A DNA stretch of 64,000 nt. Source: a virus. The notes beneath the pieces were generated by a model. That model did not search any database and was not told where the DNA came from. It saw only the letters and a list, made by a program, of their open reading frames with translations. Of this stretch, positions 17,201 to 25,435 are shown in pieces. The first letter of the stretch is position 1, and each line of letters starts with the position of its first letter. The stretch is taken from positions 1 through 64,000 of IMG/VR virus record IMGVR_UViG_3300030419_005383. One strand, 5' to 3'. The position numbers and the translations under genes are program-made.

Positions 17201-17424
17201 TGAAACTCTCCGAGATGCGAAAGCTGGTGGAGGAAAGCTCAACGGACGGAGACTTGATCTGCCGTGCCAGCGTGGGTTCATGCCCATCTGAGTTTAAGAA
17301 GGGCGAGACAAAACGAGTCATCAGAGTCAATATCGATTTCTACAGCAAAAATGAAGATCGTTGTGTCTCCGCAAGTGGATTTTTGGAGGTCTGGGATGTG
17401 GAAGATCACAGGAAAGGTGAATGA
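17197..17424 (+). CDS. hypothetical protein
   Basis: ATGA coupling. Confidence 0.55.
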   Translation: MMKLSEMRKLVEESSTDGDLICRASVGSCPSEFKKGETKRVIRVNIDFYSKNEDRCVSASGFLEVWDVEDHRKGE

Positions 17425-17585
17425 TGAACCTACCGAGACGCATCAAAGACTGGCCAGCCGAGGCCACTGCTGATTGGAACGAACGGGCTGGCATCATGGA
17501 GTTTGATGGTGGCCTTGCAAGAAGAGAAGCCGAACGGCAAGCCGAGAAAATTGTTCGACGCCAATATGCGGCTGTCAAAAATTGA
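17421..17585 (+). CDS. small conserved phage protein (ERAxIMEFDGGL type); absent from the ORF track
   Basis: Translated by hand: MMNLPRRIKDWPAEATADWNERAGIMEFDGGLARREAERQAEKIVRRQYAAVKN. Confidence 0.75.
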   Translation: MMNLPRRIKDWPAEATADWNERAGIMEFDGGLARREAERQAEKIVRRQYAAVKN

Positions 17586-17652
17586 ATCACACTCTTCACT
17601 TTTCAAAATTCGTGACAAACATATATAGGACACAGACAAACAGGGAGAACCA

Positions 17653-17979
17653 ATGAGCCAAAACGAATCCATTTTGAAATGCCTGACGTGGGCGACTACC
17701 TTTGCGGAGGGTAGCCGGGACGCTGACGAGTCCCTGGGCAACCCGGTCTTCAACGGTTGGCTTGACGATTGCAAAAACGCAATCCAGTCGCTGACCCCAG
17801 AGGATGAGGCCGACCAGCAGAAAGCCTCCGAAGAGAGAGACCTTGCAGTCGATGCGCTGAAGCAATTCGTGTCGGCATTTGATGCGGAACTTTTCGAGCT
17901 GGTCATCGCGAAGGCGAACGCTCAAGCGGTCATTAAGAAAATCGAATCCGCAGGAGAGAACCATGAACCGCAGCAGTAA
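17653..17979 (+). CDS. hypothetical protein
   Basis: AGGGAGAACCAATG. Confidence 0.65.
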   Translation: MSQNESILKCLTWATTFAEGSRDADESLGNPVFNGWLDDCKNAIQSLTPEDEADQQKASEERDLAVDALKQFVSAFDAELFELVIAKANAQAVIKKIESAGENHEPQQ

Positions 17980-18160
17980 ATCTCGCCGCACACGCCGCAA
18001 GGCACAGCGGAAGTTCAAGCAAGCCATGCGTGGCAAGCTTGAGAAAACCACAGGACGGAACTGGTTGGCAGTTTCCGCCCACTTTCGTCGCGGTGGCGCT
18101 TTTAAGAACCGCCGCGCTCACAACAACAAGATGGCATGTCGCCGTCGAGTGGAGGGCTAA
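17963..18160 (+). CDS. small highly basic protein
   Basis: AGGAGAGAACCATG; R/K-rich, 65 aa. Confidence 0.65.
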   Translation: MNRSSKSRRTRRKAQRKFKQAMRGKLEKTTGRNWLAVSAHFRRGGAFKNRRAHNNKMACRRRVEG

Positions 18161-18405
18161 TGCCGACTTTTGATTTTCCATCCGAACCATACTTCGTCAT
18201 CTACGACGAAAACGGGAGACGTGTCTATTTCACATTCCGTGAGATTGGAGACCGTGTCCGCAAGGAGGCGCCTGAAACCCTGGGTGAGCACATCTTTGTG
18301 CAGATTGACGCCCTGGGTTTGAACAAAGAGTTCGAACGGGCAGGGACTCCGCACTCGCTTCCTTACACTTTTGCTGAAAAAAACACTGGAGAAAACAATG
18401 CCTGA
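18160..18405 (+). CDS. hypothetical protein
   Basis: TAATG coupling, GGAGG RBS. Confidence 0.6.
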   Translation: MPTFDFPSEPYFVIYDENGRRVYFTFREIGDRVRKEAPETLGEHIFVQIDALGLNKEFERAGTPHSLPYTFAEKNTGENNA

Positions 18406-18985
18406 TCCCCGGCAATACAATCGTGAAGACGTAATCAAACAACACATTAGCAGCGCAGTTGGAAGCGATGCCGCATTTATGGCTGCTCGGCATGATCCCA
18501 AGCTTCAAGGCACCTTTACCATCAGCCATAAAGGGCAGTTGTACCACAATGGAGTTCTTGTTGATCACGCAATGATCAGTGACTTTATGGTGTACTTGAG
18601 CGGCACATACGGTGTTAGGCCGCGGGCAGATGAAGTTGTTGCTGGGTTCACTTCTGCCGCAACGAAGAACCCGAAAAGCATTATGCGGAAACGAAAACGA
18701 ACCACCCATGTTCCGCCCAGGCTTCTCCATGAAGTTGATCAAACGGTTCGGCTTATGAGAGGGGAACTGACCACGAAGAAGATCGCCTTGAAGTTGATGC
18801 CACACGAATACGAGGATTCAGCGCGGTCCGTGGAAATGCTCATCTCCGAGGCTATGAAGCGGCTTGGCTACATCAAGAAACGGAAGATGATCAACTGCGT
18901 CCGTCAGAGCCGGTGGGAACCAAACCCAAAAGCAAAGCGGGTTGGGCTACCTCAAAACGATAGGCTTGAGGGGGGAGAAGAATGA
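18398..18985 (+). CDS. VapE-helicase-derived protein lacking the ATPase core (N-domain plus winged helix)
   Basis: Aligns by eye to both the N- and C-terminal domains of 20985..22310. Confidence 0.65.
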   Translation: MPDPRQYNREDVIKQHISSAVGSDAAFMAARHDPKLQGTFTISHKGQLYHNGVLVDHAMISDFMVYLSGTYGVRPRADEVVAGFTSAATKNPKSIMRKRKRTTHVPPRLLHEVDQTVRLMRGELTTKKIALKLMPHEYEDSARSVEMLISEAMKRLGYIKKRKMINCVRQSRWEPNPKAKRVGLPQNDRLEGGEE

Positions 18986-19479
18986 TTTTAACCCTATTCG
19001 CGTTGATGCTTGCGGGCGATTTTTATCGCCCAATAGCCAAGCCGGAGCCGAAGCCATACGCCGATATGCTCGACACTATGACGGGATTCCGCGGCGTTGA
19101 GTTCCGCTCTGCGCCGAATCTGGGCCCAGAATTTCTGCTCTACGAAGACAACATCGATACAACCGTTTACCGGCGCCCAGGTGATGATCTGCAATTCTCT
19201 GGTGTTGAGATGGACGATGTCTACTACGTCTTCTGGCGGGGCAAATTCCTGGGAGGAGTTGCTTTGTGTTCCATCGCCGTCCACTGCCTGGAGCCTTTGT
19301 ATCTCGCGATTGTGCCAATGCTTGGTGAAGGAATCTTTGAAGAACACGAGGACCGAATTGTCTGGCCAGGCGAGCAAGCCTTTCTGGTTCTGAAACGAGA
19401 AGAGGACGGCACCGGACGGCTACTGTTGCTTGACAAAGAGACCATAGAAGAAATCCGACAGACGCCTTCGGAGAAGTGA
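18982..19479 (+). CDS. putative exported/periplasmic protein
   Basis: Short hydrophobic N-terminus MILTLFALMLA; GFRGVEF...YYVFWRGKF. Confidence 0.65.
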   Translation: MILTLFALMLAGDFYRPIAKPEPKPYADMLDTMTGFRGVEFRSAPNLGPEFLLYEDNIDTTVYRRPGDDLQFSGVEMDDVYYVFWRGKFLGGVALCSIAVHCLEPLYLAIVPMLGEGIFEEHEDRIVWPGEQAFLVLKREEDGTGRLLLLDKETIEEIRQTPSEK

Positions 19480-19742
19480 TGAACGCCACACAGGAACGAC
19501 TTGACACCCTTTCAGCGGTCCAGGCCTTAGTTGATGCGCTGGGAGGCAGGGTCAAGCCAGCAGCAAGGATCATGGGTGCATCTGAATCAAGCTTGTACAA
19601 GGTTCTCAAGAAAGAGAACGCGGCCCCGACGCTCGATACATTGGCCCGATACGCCAACAGAATTTTTCGAGAAACTGGAATCCGTCTCATTTTTACTGTG
19701 ACGCCCGATTTTAAACTTCATTGGACCGTCAAGAACGAATGA
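19479..19742 (+). CDS. XRE-family HTH regulator
   Basis: AARIMGASESSLYKVLKKENAAPTLDTLARYA. Confidence 0.75.
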   Translation: MNATQERLDTLSAVQALVDALGGRVKPAARIMGASESSLYKVLKKENAAPTLDTLARYANRIFRETGIRLIFTVTPDFKLHWTVKNE

Positions 19743-19747
19743 TGTTT

Positions 19748-19776
19748 TTGACGAGCTAATCTCAACACCCTATTCT
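19748..19776 (+). promoter_or_regulatory. sigma70-type promoter of the replication operon
   Basis: TTGACG-N17-TATTCT. Confidence 0.7.
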
Positions 19777-19782
19777 CTTCTG

Positions 19783-19920
19783 GCCTGCCGGGATTGATCC
19801 CCCGGCCTCGTGAAAGCGAGTCAGGCATCTTGGTTGGGCCCCCGCCACCAAACTAGTCGTTGCTCTGCGCGGTTGGTGGCGGAGCGGCCCCAGCCAGGAG
19901 TGCGCCTGCCGCGACCACTA
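19783..19920 (+). ncRNA. structured 5' leader of the primase gene (three-way junction, long hairpin, possible pseudoknot)
   Basis: Extensive base pairing beginning at the predicted TSS; see findings. Confidence 0.5.
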
Positions 19921-19936
19921 AAGGAACCAAGAACCA

Positions 19937-20998
19937 ATGAAACTCTGGATTGAAAACGTGAAGCAGGCAGCAACAACGACACAGGTTGCTAAACTTCTCG
20001 GAGCCAAACCAGGCAAGAACAAGTCATTTGGGCCATGTCCAGCCTGCAAGAACGAAAGACGAAGCAAAACTGATCAGCGTAAGCCTTTGACGATTTATTC
20101 TACTGGAAAGTGGGTTTGCTACGCATGCTCAGCCAAGGGCGATGGCGTGGACCTTGTATCTATTCATCTTCACGGTGCCAGGCTTGGCGCGGTCAGTAAG
20201 GATAAAGTGAAAGCCGTTCGGGGGTGGTTTGCATCCCATGGCTTCTGCGAGAATGGCCAGGCTACACCAAAGATTCCAACCGGGCGACCCCAGCGCGAGA
20301 AGAAACAGGAAGACCAGAACGTCTACGTCAAGCGGGGAAGACCACCGGCACACGAGATCGTTTCTCTTTGGAAATCGAGCCTGTATCCCAACAAGGCCGT
20401 GGAGAGCAGCCGGCCGAACGACCCACTTGTCAAATGGCTGCTCAATCGCGAATTCTCCCCTCAGACCCTGAAAAACACAGGACTCATAAAAGTCACGCCA
20501 CTGGGCGTAGACTATGAATATCCTGAATGGTGGCCTCGCCAGTGGTCATACTCCATCCGGCTGATCACACCAGCGTATGAACCCAACGGAAAGGTCGCCT
20601 CACTGCACGGGCGAAGCGTCGTGAAGAGCGGCCCAAAAACGCGCTGGCCGCTCGGCTACGAAGCGGGGGGTCTCTGGATGGCAAACCGGTCAGGCGTACA
20701 CATGATGCGCGGGCAGAAGCCCAGGCTGAGCGGCGTTCTAATCTGCGAAGGAATTACAGACCTGATGCGGGCTGCTTGCCAGAACATCGACCAGGCGTTG
20801 GGACTAGCTGTTCTCGCTGGGACATCCGGCTCGTTCCGTCACGTCCACCAAGCCAGCATTCCAAAGGATCTGCCAGTCTATCTGGCTACGGATGACGACG
20901 GGACTGGTGATAAGTATGCACGTATAGTTGTCGAAAAGCTGAAGCACAACAGAATCTACCGCTTGAACCTTGCAGGAACTGCCGATGCCCGATCTTGA
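19937..20998 (+). CDS. DNA primase (Zn finger plus TOPRIM)
   Basis: CPAC...CYAC; LICEGITD; LATDDDGTG. Confidence 0.8.
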   Translation: MKLWIENVKQAATTTQVAKLLGAKPGKNKSFGPCPACKNERRSKTDQRKPLTIYSTGKWVCYACSAKGDGVDLVSIHLHGARLGAVSKDKVKAVRGWFASHGFCENGQATPKIPTGRPQREKKQEDQNVYVKRGRPPAHEIVSLWKSSLYPNKAVESSRPNDPLVKWLLNREFSPQTLKNTGLIKVTPLGVDYEYPEWWPRQWSYSIRLITPAYEPNGKVASLHGRSVVKSGPKTRWPLGYEAGGLWMANRSGVHMMRGQKPRLSGVLICEGITDLMRAACQNIDQALGLAVLAGTSGSFRHVHQASIPKDLPVYLATDDDGTGDKYARIVVEKLKHNRIYRLNLAGTADARS

Positions 20999-22310
20999 CG
21001 ATGCTCTCAAAGCCTCAAACCTCAAAGACCTTATTGATGAAGCGAATGAGGCCGGCGCCTTACACGAGCCATCGAACGAGCTGACGCTTGGCGACATTGC
21101 CGATGAGTCTGTTTTGGCCAGGCTCCAGCAGTACAAAGATTCGTATGGAAACCCGACCGGGCGACCAATGAAAACAAGAAGGAATTGCTATCTGATCATT
21201 CGGTACGACAAACGACTGAGTAAACAGATCTGGTTGGACTCATTCAAGAACGTGCTGATGTTTGGTGATGCCGACTACAGCGATACGGATGACACTCGAA
21301 TCTCTCTCTGGATTGATGCGGTCTACGGCGTTTCATACGCACCGGGCACCATCATGGAGATGACCAGAAAAGTCGGCGAAGAGAACCAGAAAAACGAACT
21401 GGTTAACTGGCTGAACCGAATCACATGGGACAAAACCCCCCGCTCGGAAGAGTGGCTGATTGAAGGCGCTGGAGCTGACGACACAGAACTGATCAAAACA
21501 ATGTCCAGATGTTGGTTGATTCAGGCCGTGGCCAGGGCTCTCAATCCCGGCGTGAAAGGCGATGTGTGCTTGATTCTGGTCGGCCCTCAAGGCGCCAAAA
21601 AATCCACCTTGCTGGAGGCCGTCGCTGGGAAGGAATACTTCGCGGACACTCCCTTGGACATCGGAAGTCGTAATGCCTACCAACAATTGCAACGTGCTTG
21701 GATTTACGAGGTAGCAGAATTAGACTCAATTCGGCGCAGCCATAACTCAAGCACAAAGGCCTTTTTGAGCGCCACCGAAGACACCTTTGTGCCACCGTAT
21801 GGCAGGCATGCTGTCACCATCAAAAGACATGTCTGCTTCTGCGGCAGTACGAACGAAGACACCTTCCTGCGAGACAAAACCGGATCTCGCAGGTTTTGGC
21901 CGGTTCGTGTTGGAAAAATCAACCTGCAATGGGCCAGAGAAAACCGAGAACAACTCTGGGCGGAAGCTGTCCACCTGTACAAGTCGGGCGCCCAATGGTG
22001 GCTTGGCCATGATTCTGAAAATGTGCTGGCAGAAGAATCAACCCAGTACGAAGAAGCCGACCCGTGGCTCAACATCATCGCTGAGTTCTTGTTGACGCGG
22101 GGGGGCTCAGCCCTGGAAACGTCTGACATCATGAAAGAGGCCCTGAAGCTGGAATCTCACCACATGTCGAGAACGAACAGCATGCGTTTACACGAAGTCA
22201 TGACAAAGCTTGGATGGGTTCGAGAACGCCGATCATACGCCGGAACCAGAGGGTACTACTGGGTAAAGAGTGCCGATGTGCTTAGCTTCAATAAATTAGG
22301 TGATTTATGA
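20985..22310 (+). CDS. VapE-domain (virulence-associated E) replicative helicase
   Basis: LILVGPQGAKKST, WIYEVAELD, GSTNEDTFLRDKTGSRRFWPV, REQLWAEAV; C-terminal wHTH. Confidence 0.9.
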   Translation: MPDLDDALKASNLKDLIDEANEAGALHEPSNELTLGDIADESVLARLQQYKDSYGNPTGRPMKTRRNCYLIIRYDKRLSKQIWLDSFKNVLMFGDADYSDTDDTRISLWIDAVYGVSYAPGTIMEMTRKVGEENQKNELVNWLNRITWDKTPRSEEWLIEGAGADDTELIKTMSRCWLIQAVARALNPGVKGDVCLILVGPQGAKKSTLLEAVAGKEYFADTPLDIGSRNAYQQLQRAWIYEVAELDSIRRSHNSSTKAFLSATEDTFVPPYGRHAVTIKRHVCFCGSTNEDTFLRDKTGSRRFWPVRVGKINLQWARENREQLWAEAVHLYKSGAQWWLGHDSENVLAEESTQYEEADPWLNIIAEFLLTRGGSALETSDIMKEALKLESHHMSRTNSMRLHEVMTKLGWVRERRSYAGTRGYYWVKSADVLSFNKLGDL

Positions 22311-23674
22311 CGAAAACAGTAATTGGCGGTGGTTTTTTCCTTTCGCCGCAACATCCATCAATAAATGATATTCGGAACCGATTCAAAATTAGGAATCCAG
22401 ACTATGGCCAAGCCCTGGCGCTCAGGGATAAGGGTCGATGGGTCGATCTTCCTGATCAATGGGTTTACGCATGCGAGCCGCTGCCCCCTGGCCACCCCTG
22501 GCAAGGCGGATTGGCCGTCCCAAGGGGTCTGATTAACCAAATTGCGGAAGTCAAAACAGCTCAAAACGCGCAAAGCTATGCGCCCGCTGAACCGCTTTCA
22601 ACTGGAGCCAACCTCCAGTCTCGCGCTTACCAGCAAAAAGCTGTTGAAGAGCTGAAGAAGCACCATTCCGGCATCGTCATCGCGCCATGCGGAAGCGGAA
22701 AGACCTGCATTGGCATTTTGGCCATTGCGGCGATCCCCACCAAGACGCTGGTTCTGGTACACACACTTGATCTCGCCAAGCAATGGATTGATCGATGCGA
22801 ATCAATGCTGGGCATCACTCCCACACTCGTTGGTGGCGGCAAGTTCAATTCAGATGGTCGCGTTGTTGTCGCCACATTCCAAACTTTGTCGCGTTGCCGT
22901 TGGGATGAACGATACCAATGGGCAAAGCAGTTCGGAATGGTCATTGCTGACGAGGTTCATCATGTTCCGAGCAGGACTTTTCGCGATGTCATGATGACCA
23001 TGCCGGCGAAGTATCGTTTGGGCCTGACCGCAACACCTGACCGGCCTGATGGGTTGACGGAATTGATGTGGTGGCACTTTGGCAGAAAGCTACTGGAGCT
23101 TCAGCAGAGCGACATGGTGGACGCTGGCTTAGTTCTTTCGCCATCAATTGAATGGCTGCACACCGGCTGGGAGGGTGCAGGACGAGACATGGACTGGCCG
23201 AAGTTCATCAACTCAATGACTCAAGACGACAGCAGGAACAGCAAAATTCTTGAACGAGTCAAGCAGGCCGTAGCAAAAGGGCGGCAAGTCTTAGTGTTGT
23301 CAGATCGGGTAGCCCACTGTGAGATGATCGCAGAACAAATGAATGCATGCGGTATCTCTTCCGCGGCACTTGTTGGGCGTTTATCGAAGAAGAAAAGAGC
23401 AGAACTGCTTAAAGACGCAGACGATAAGAAGCTGTCGGTCATTACTGCAACAACAATTGCAGATGAAGGGCTTGATCTGCCGAATCTGGACACAGTGGTT
23501 TTGACCACACCAACGAAAGCGATGGGGCGAGTTCAGCAGAGAATTGGAAGGGTAATGCGCAAGGCCCCAGGAAAGCGGAAACCGCTGGTCATAGACTGCC
23601 TCGATGAAGTAGGTTCATTACGAGGATTGGCCAGAAAGCGATTCAAGCTGTACAGTAAAATGGGGTGTTCATGA
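22307..23674 (+). CDS. superfamily 2 DEAD/DEAH helicase
   Basis: APCGSGKT, IADEVHH, LTATP, DEGLDLP, QRIGRVMR. Confidence 0.92.
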   Translation: MTKTVIGGGFFLSPQHPSINDIRNRFKIRNPDYGQALALRDKGRWVDLPDQWVYACEPLPPGHPWQGGLAVPRGLINQIAEVKTAQNAQSYAPAEPLSTGANLQSRAYQQKAVEELKKHHSGIVIAPCGSGKTCIGILAIAAIPTKTLVLVHTLDLAKQWIDRCESMLGITPTLVGGGKFNSDGRVVVATFQTLSRCRWDERYQWAKQFGMVIADEVHHVPSRTFRDVMMTMPAKYRLGLTATPDRPDGLTELMWWHFGRKLLELQQSDMVDAGLVLSPSIEWLHTGWEGAGRDMDWPKFINSMTQDDSRNSKILERVKQAVAKGRQVLVLSDRVAHCEMIAEQMNACGISSAALVGRLSKKKRAELLKDADDKKLSVITATTIADEGLDLPNLDTVVLTTPTKAMGRVQQRIGRVMRKAPGKRKPLVIDCLDEVGSLRGLARKRFKLYSKMGCS

Positions 23675-23880
23675 GCAAGAACATGCTTCCTGAAGGCTGG
23701 ACCGTTCGCCAAACTGATTGTGGAACGACCTGTTTAATCGATGAAGATGGCTTTCTGGTGGCTTCGAGGCCAGACTATGATGAAGTGTTTCGACGGTTAA
23801 GCGCAGCTCTTCACTGGGCGAGCCAAAACGCTTCACCAACAAACGCAAAGATCAAAAAACAGAAACCCGCAAAAGCCTAA
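23671..23880 (+). CDS. hypothetical protein
   Basis: ATGA coupling. Confidence 0.55.
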   Translation: MSKNMLPEGWTVRQTDCGTTCLIDEDGFLVASRPDYDEVFRRLSAALHWASQNASPTNAKIKKQKPAKA

Positions 23881-24137
23881 GACTTCTTGGTCGTCTTCTT
23901 TGTGGTGCTCTTTTTTGCAGCCGGTTTTTTTGCTGGGGCCTTTTTGGCCGGGGCCTTTTTGGCCGGGGCCTTCTTGGCTGGAGCTTTTTTAGCTTCTGCT
24001 GCTTCGAGAGCTTCTATGAGAGAAAGAATAGCAGAACAAAGCAGAGGAACCGCTTTGGGTGCATGGTAAGGGGATCGCTCATTCCGGTATCCGCCCCGTG
24101 CAGCTTTAACGAGACTCAGTGCTTCTTTTTTGTCCAT
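23877..24137 (-). CDS. histone H1-like protein with PAKKA repeats
   Basis: AKKAPAKKAPAKKAPAKKAPAKKPAAKK; GAGGA RBS. Confidence 0.8.
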   Translation of the reverse strand: MDKKEALSLVKAARGGYRNERSPYHAPKAVPLLCSAILSLIEALEAAEAKKAPAKKAPAKKAPAKKAPAKKPAAKKSTTKKTTKKS

Positions 24138-24382
24138 CAGGATTTCCTCTTGTGTAAACGCTTAGATAGGCCAGGCCAACTGTTTGTAGATACTACCCCA
24201 CCCGTGGCTTCTTCGACAGCCACCGCCAGCAGCAATGATGGCACCGAACGCCCAGACTCCAAGTCTCGCAGATATGGAATGCTGATGGTCAGCCCGCCTG
24301 GAAGCTGTCCGTTCAACCATGAGCAAAACGCAACGCGAGTGCTGTGGCGTGGATGACTTTGCCGATAATCAGAGATGTTCAC
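24137..24382 (-). CDS. Cro/YdaS-like HTH protein
   Basis: YLRDLESGRSVPSLLLAVAVEEATGGVVSTNSW; GAGGTG RBS. Confidence 0.7.
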   Translation of the reverse strand: MNISDYRQSHPRHSTRVAFCSWLNGQLPGGLTISIPYLRDLESGRSVPSLLLAVAVEEATGGVVSTNSWPGLSKRLHKRKS

Positions 24383-24407
24383 AGCATCACCTCAACTCAA
24401 TGTAGTG

Positions 24408-24442
24408 ATGCTATTGACATCACTTTATCATGTCAATACGAT
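24408..24442. promoter_or_regulatory. overlapping divergent promoters and palindromic operator TATTGACAT-N9-ATGTCAATA
   Basis: + strand TTGACA-N17-TACGAT; - strand TTGACA-N17-TAGCAT. Confidence 0.8.
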
Positions 24443-24461
24443 TGGTAAGACAGAGGTAAGA

Positions 24462-25421
24462 ATGACTTCAGAAGAACGTGAGAAGTGGCTTGAGAAACGC
24501 CGAACCGGATTAGGCGGAACGGACATCGCAAAAATCATCGTGGACGCAGCACCCCCCGCCAAGCGCATCGGCTGCTATCGGGGCAGCATCTTCCAGATGT
24601 GGGCAGAGAAAGTCGGGCTGCACCAACCGTCCGAATACACCATGAGTGATGCGGCCAGGCGCGGCATCCAGCTTGAGAGCTATGTTTGCGGGCTGTACAA
24701 AGACTACCTGAGCGAAGAGGTTGAGTTCACCGAACTAAGCTCAGTTCAGCACCCAGACAGGCCCATCATCAGGGGAACGCCTGATCGAATGGTGAAAGCG
24801 ATTGCTAGCGGCAAGACATGGGGCATGGACGCGAAAACCCGCCGATACAAAAAGGGTTGGGGCGATCATGAAACCGCTGACGTTCCGCTGGACACCGAAA
24901 TCCAGTGCCGTGTCTACATGGAAATCTTCGACAGTCCAATGTGGGATGTAGCTGCCTTGTTTTCGCTTGATGATCTTGGGGTCTATCGGCTCTTTCGTGA
25001 CAAAGAGCTGGGACTCCAAATTCTCGATGTTGCCGAAACATGGTGGGAGACTCATGTCATTGGCAACAAACCGCCAGACCCAGATGGTCATGAGAAGACC
25101 CGAGAGCTTCTGGCGCATTTTCATGACAAGCCAACTGATGAATTGCGGCAAGCGACTTTGCTCGACCAGCAGCTACACGAAGACCTGATCGACATCCGAA
25201 AGCGATACAAGGAACTGGGCGCAGAGAAGCATTTGCTGGAAAACACTTTACGTGGCCGAATCGGTGACGACCTTGGCATCAAAGGCATCGCCACATGGAA
25301 GCAGGGTAAACCTCGCAAGATTCTCGACACGAAGCGGCTCAAGGCTGAGGACCCGGAAATCTACGAAAAATACTTGGTAGAGCGACCAGCTACCAGAACT
25401 CTTCGCGTCATGGGCGAATAA
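24462..25421 (+). CDS. YqaJ/lambda-exonuclease family recombinase nuclease
   Basis: WLEKRRTGLGGTDIA, RGIQLES, GTPDR, DAKT, QCRVYM. Confidence 0.88.
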   Translation: MTSEEREKWLEKRRTGLGGTDIAKIIVDAAPPAKRIGCYRGSIFQMWAEKVGLHQPSEYTMSDAARRGIQLESYVCGLYKDYLSEEVEFTELSSVQHPDRPIIRGTPDRMVKAIASGKTWGMDAKTRRYKKGWGDHETADVPLDTEIQCRVYMEIFDSPMWDVAALFSLDDLGVYRLFRDKELGLQILDVAETWWETHVIGNKPPDPDGHEKTRELLAHFHDKPTDELRQATLLDQQLHEDLIDIRKRYKELGAEKHLLENTLRGRIGDDLGIKGIATWKQGKPRKILDTKRLKAEDPEIYEKYLVERPATRTLRVMGE

Positions 25422-25435
25422 CCACAGGAGAAATC

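Noticed and set aside
19783-19920. SRP RNA, 6S RNA, tRNA or c-di-GMP riboswitch
   Set aside because: Diagnostic motifs not found; kept as an unassigned structured leader
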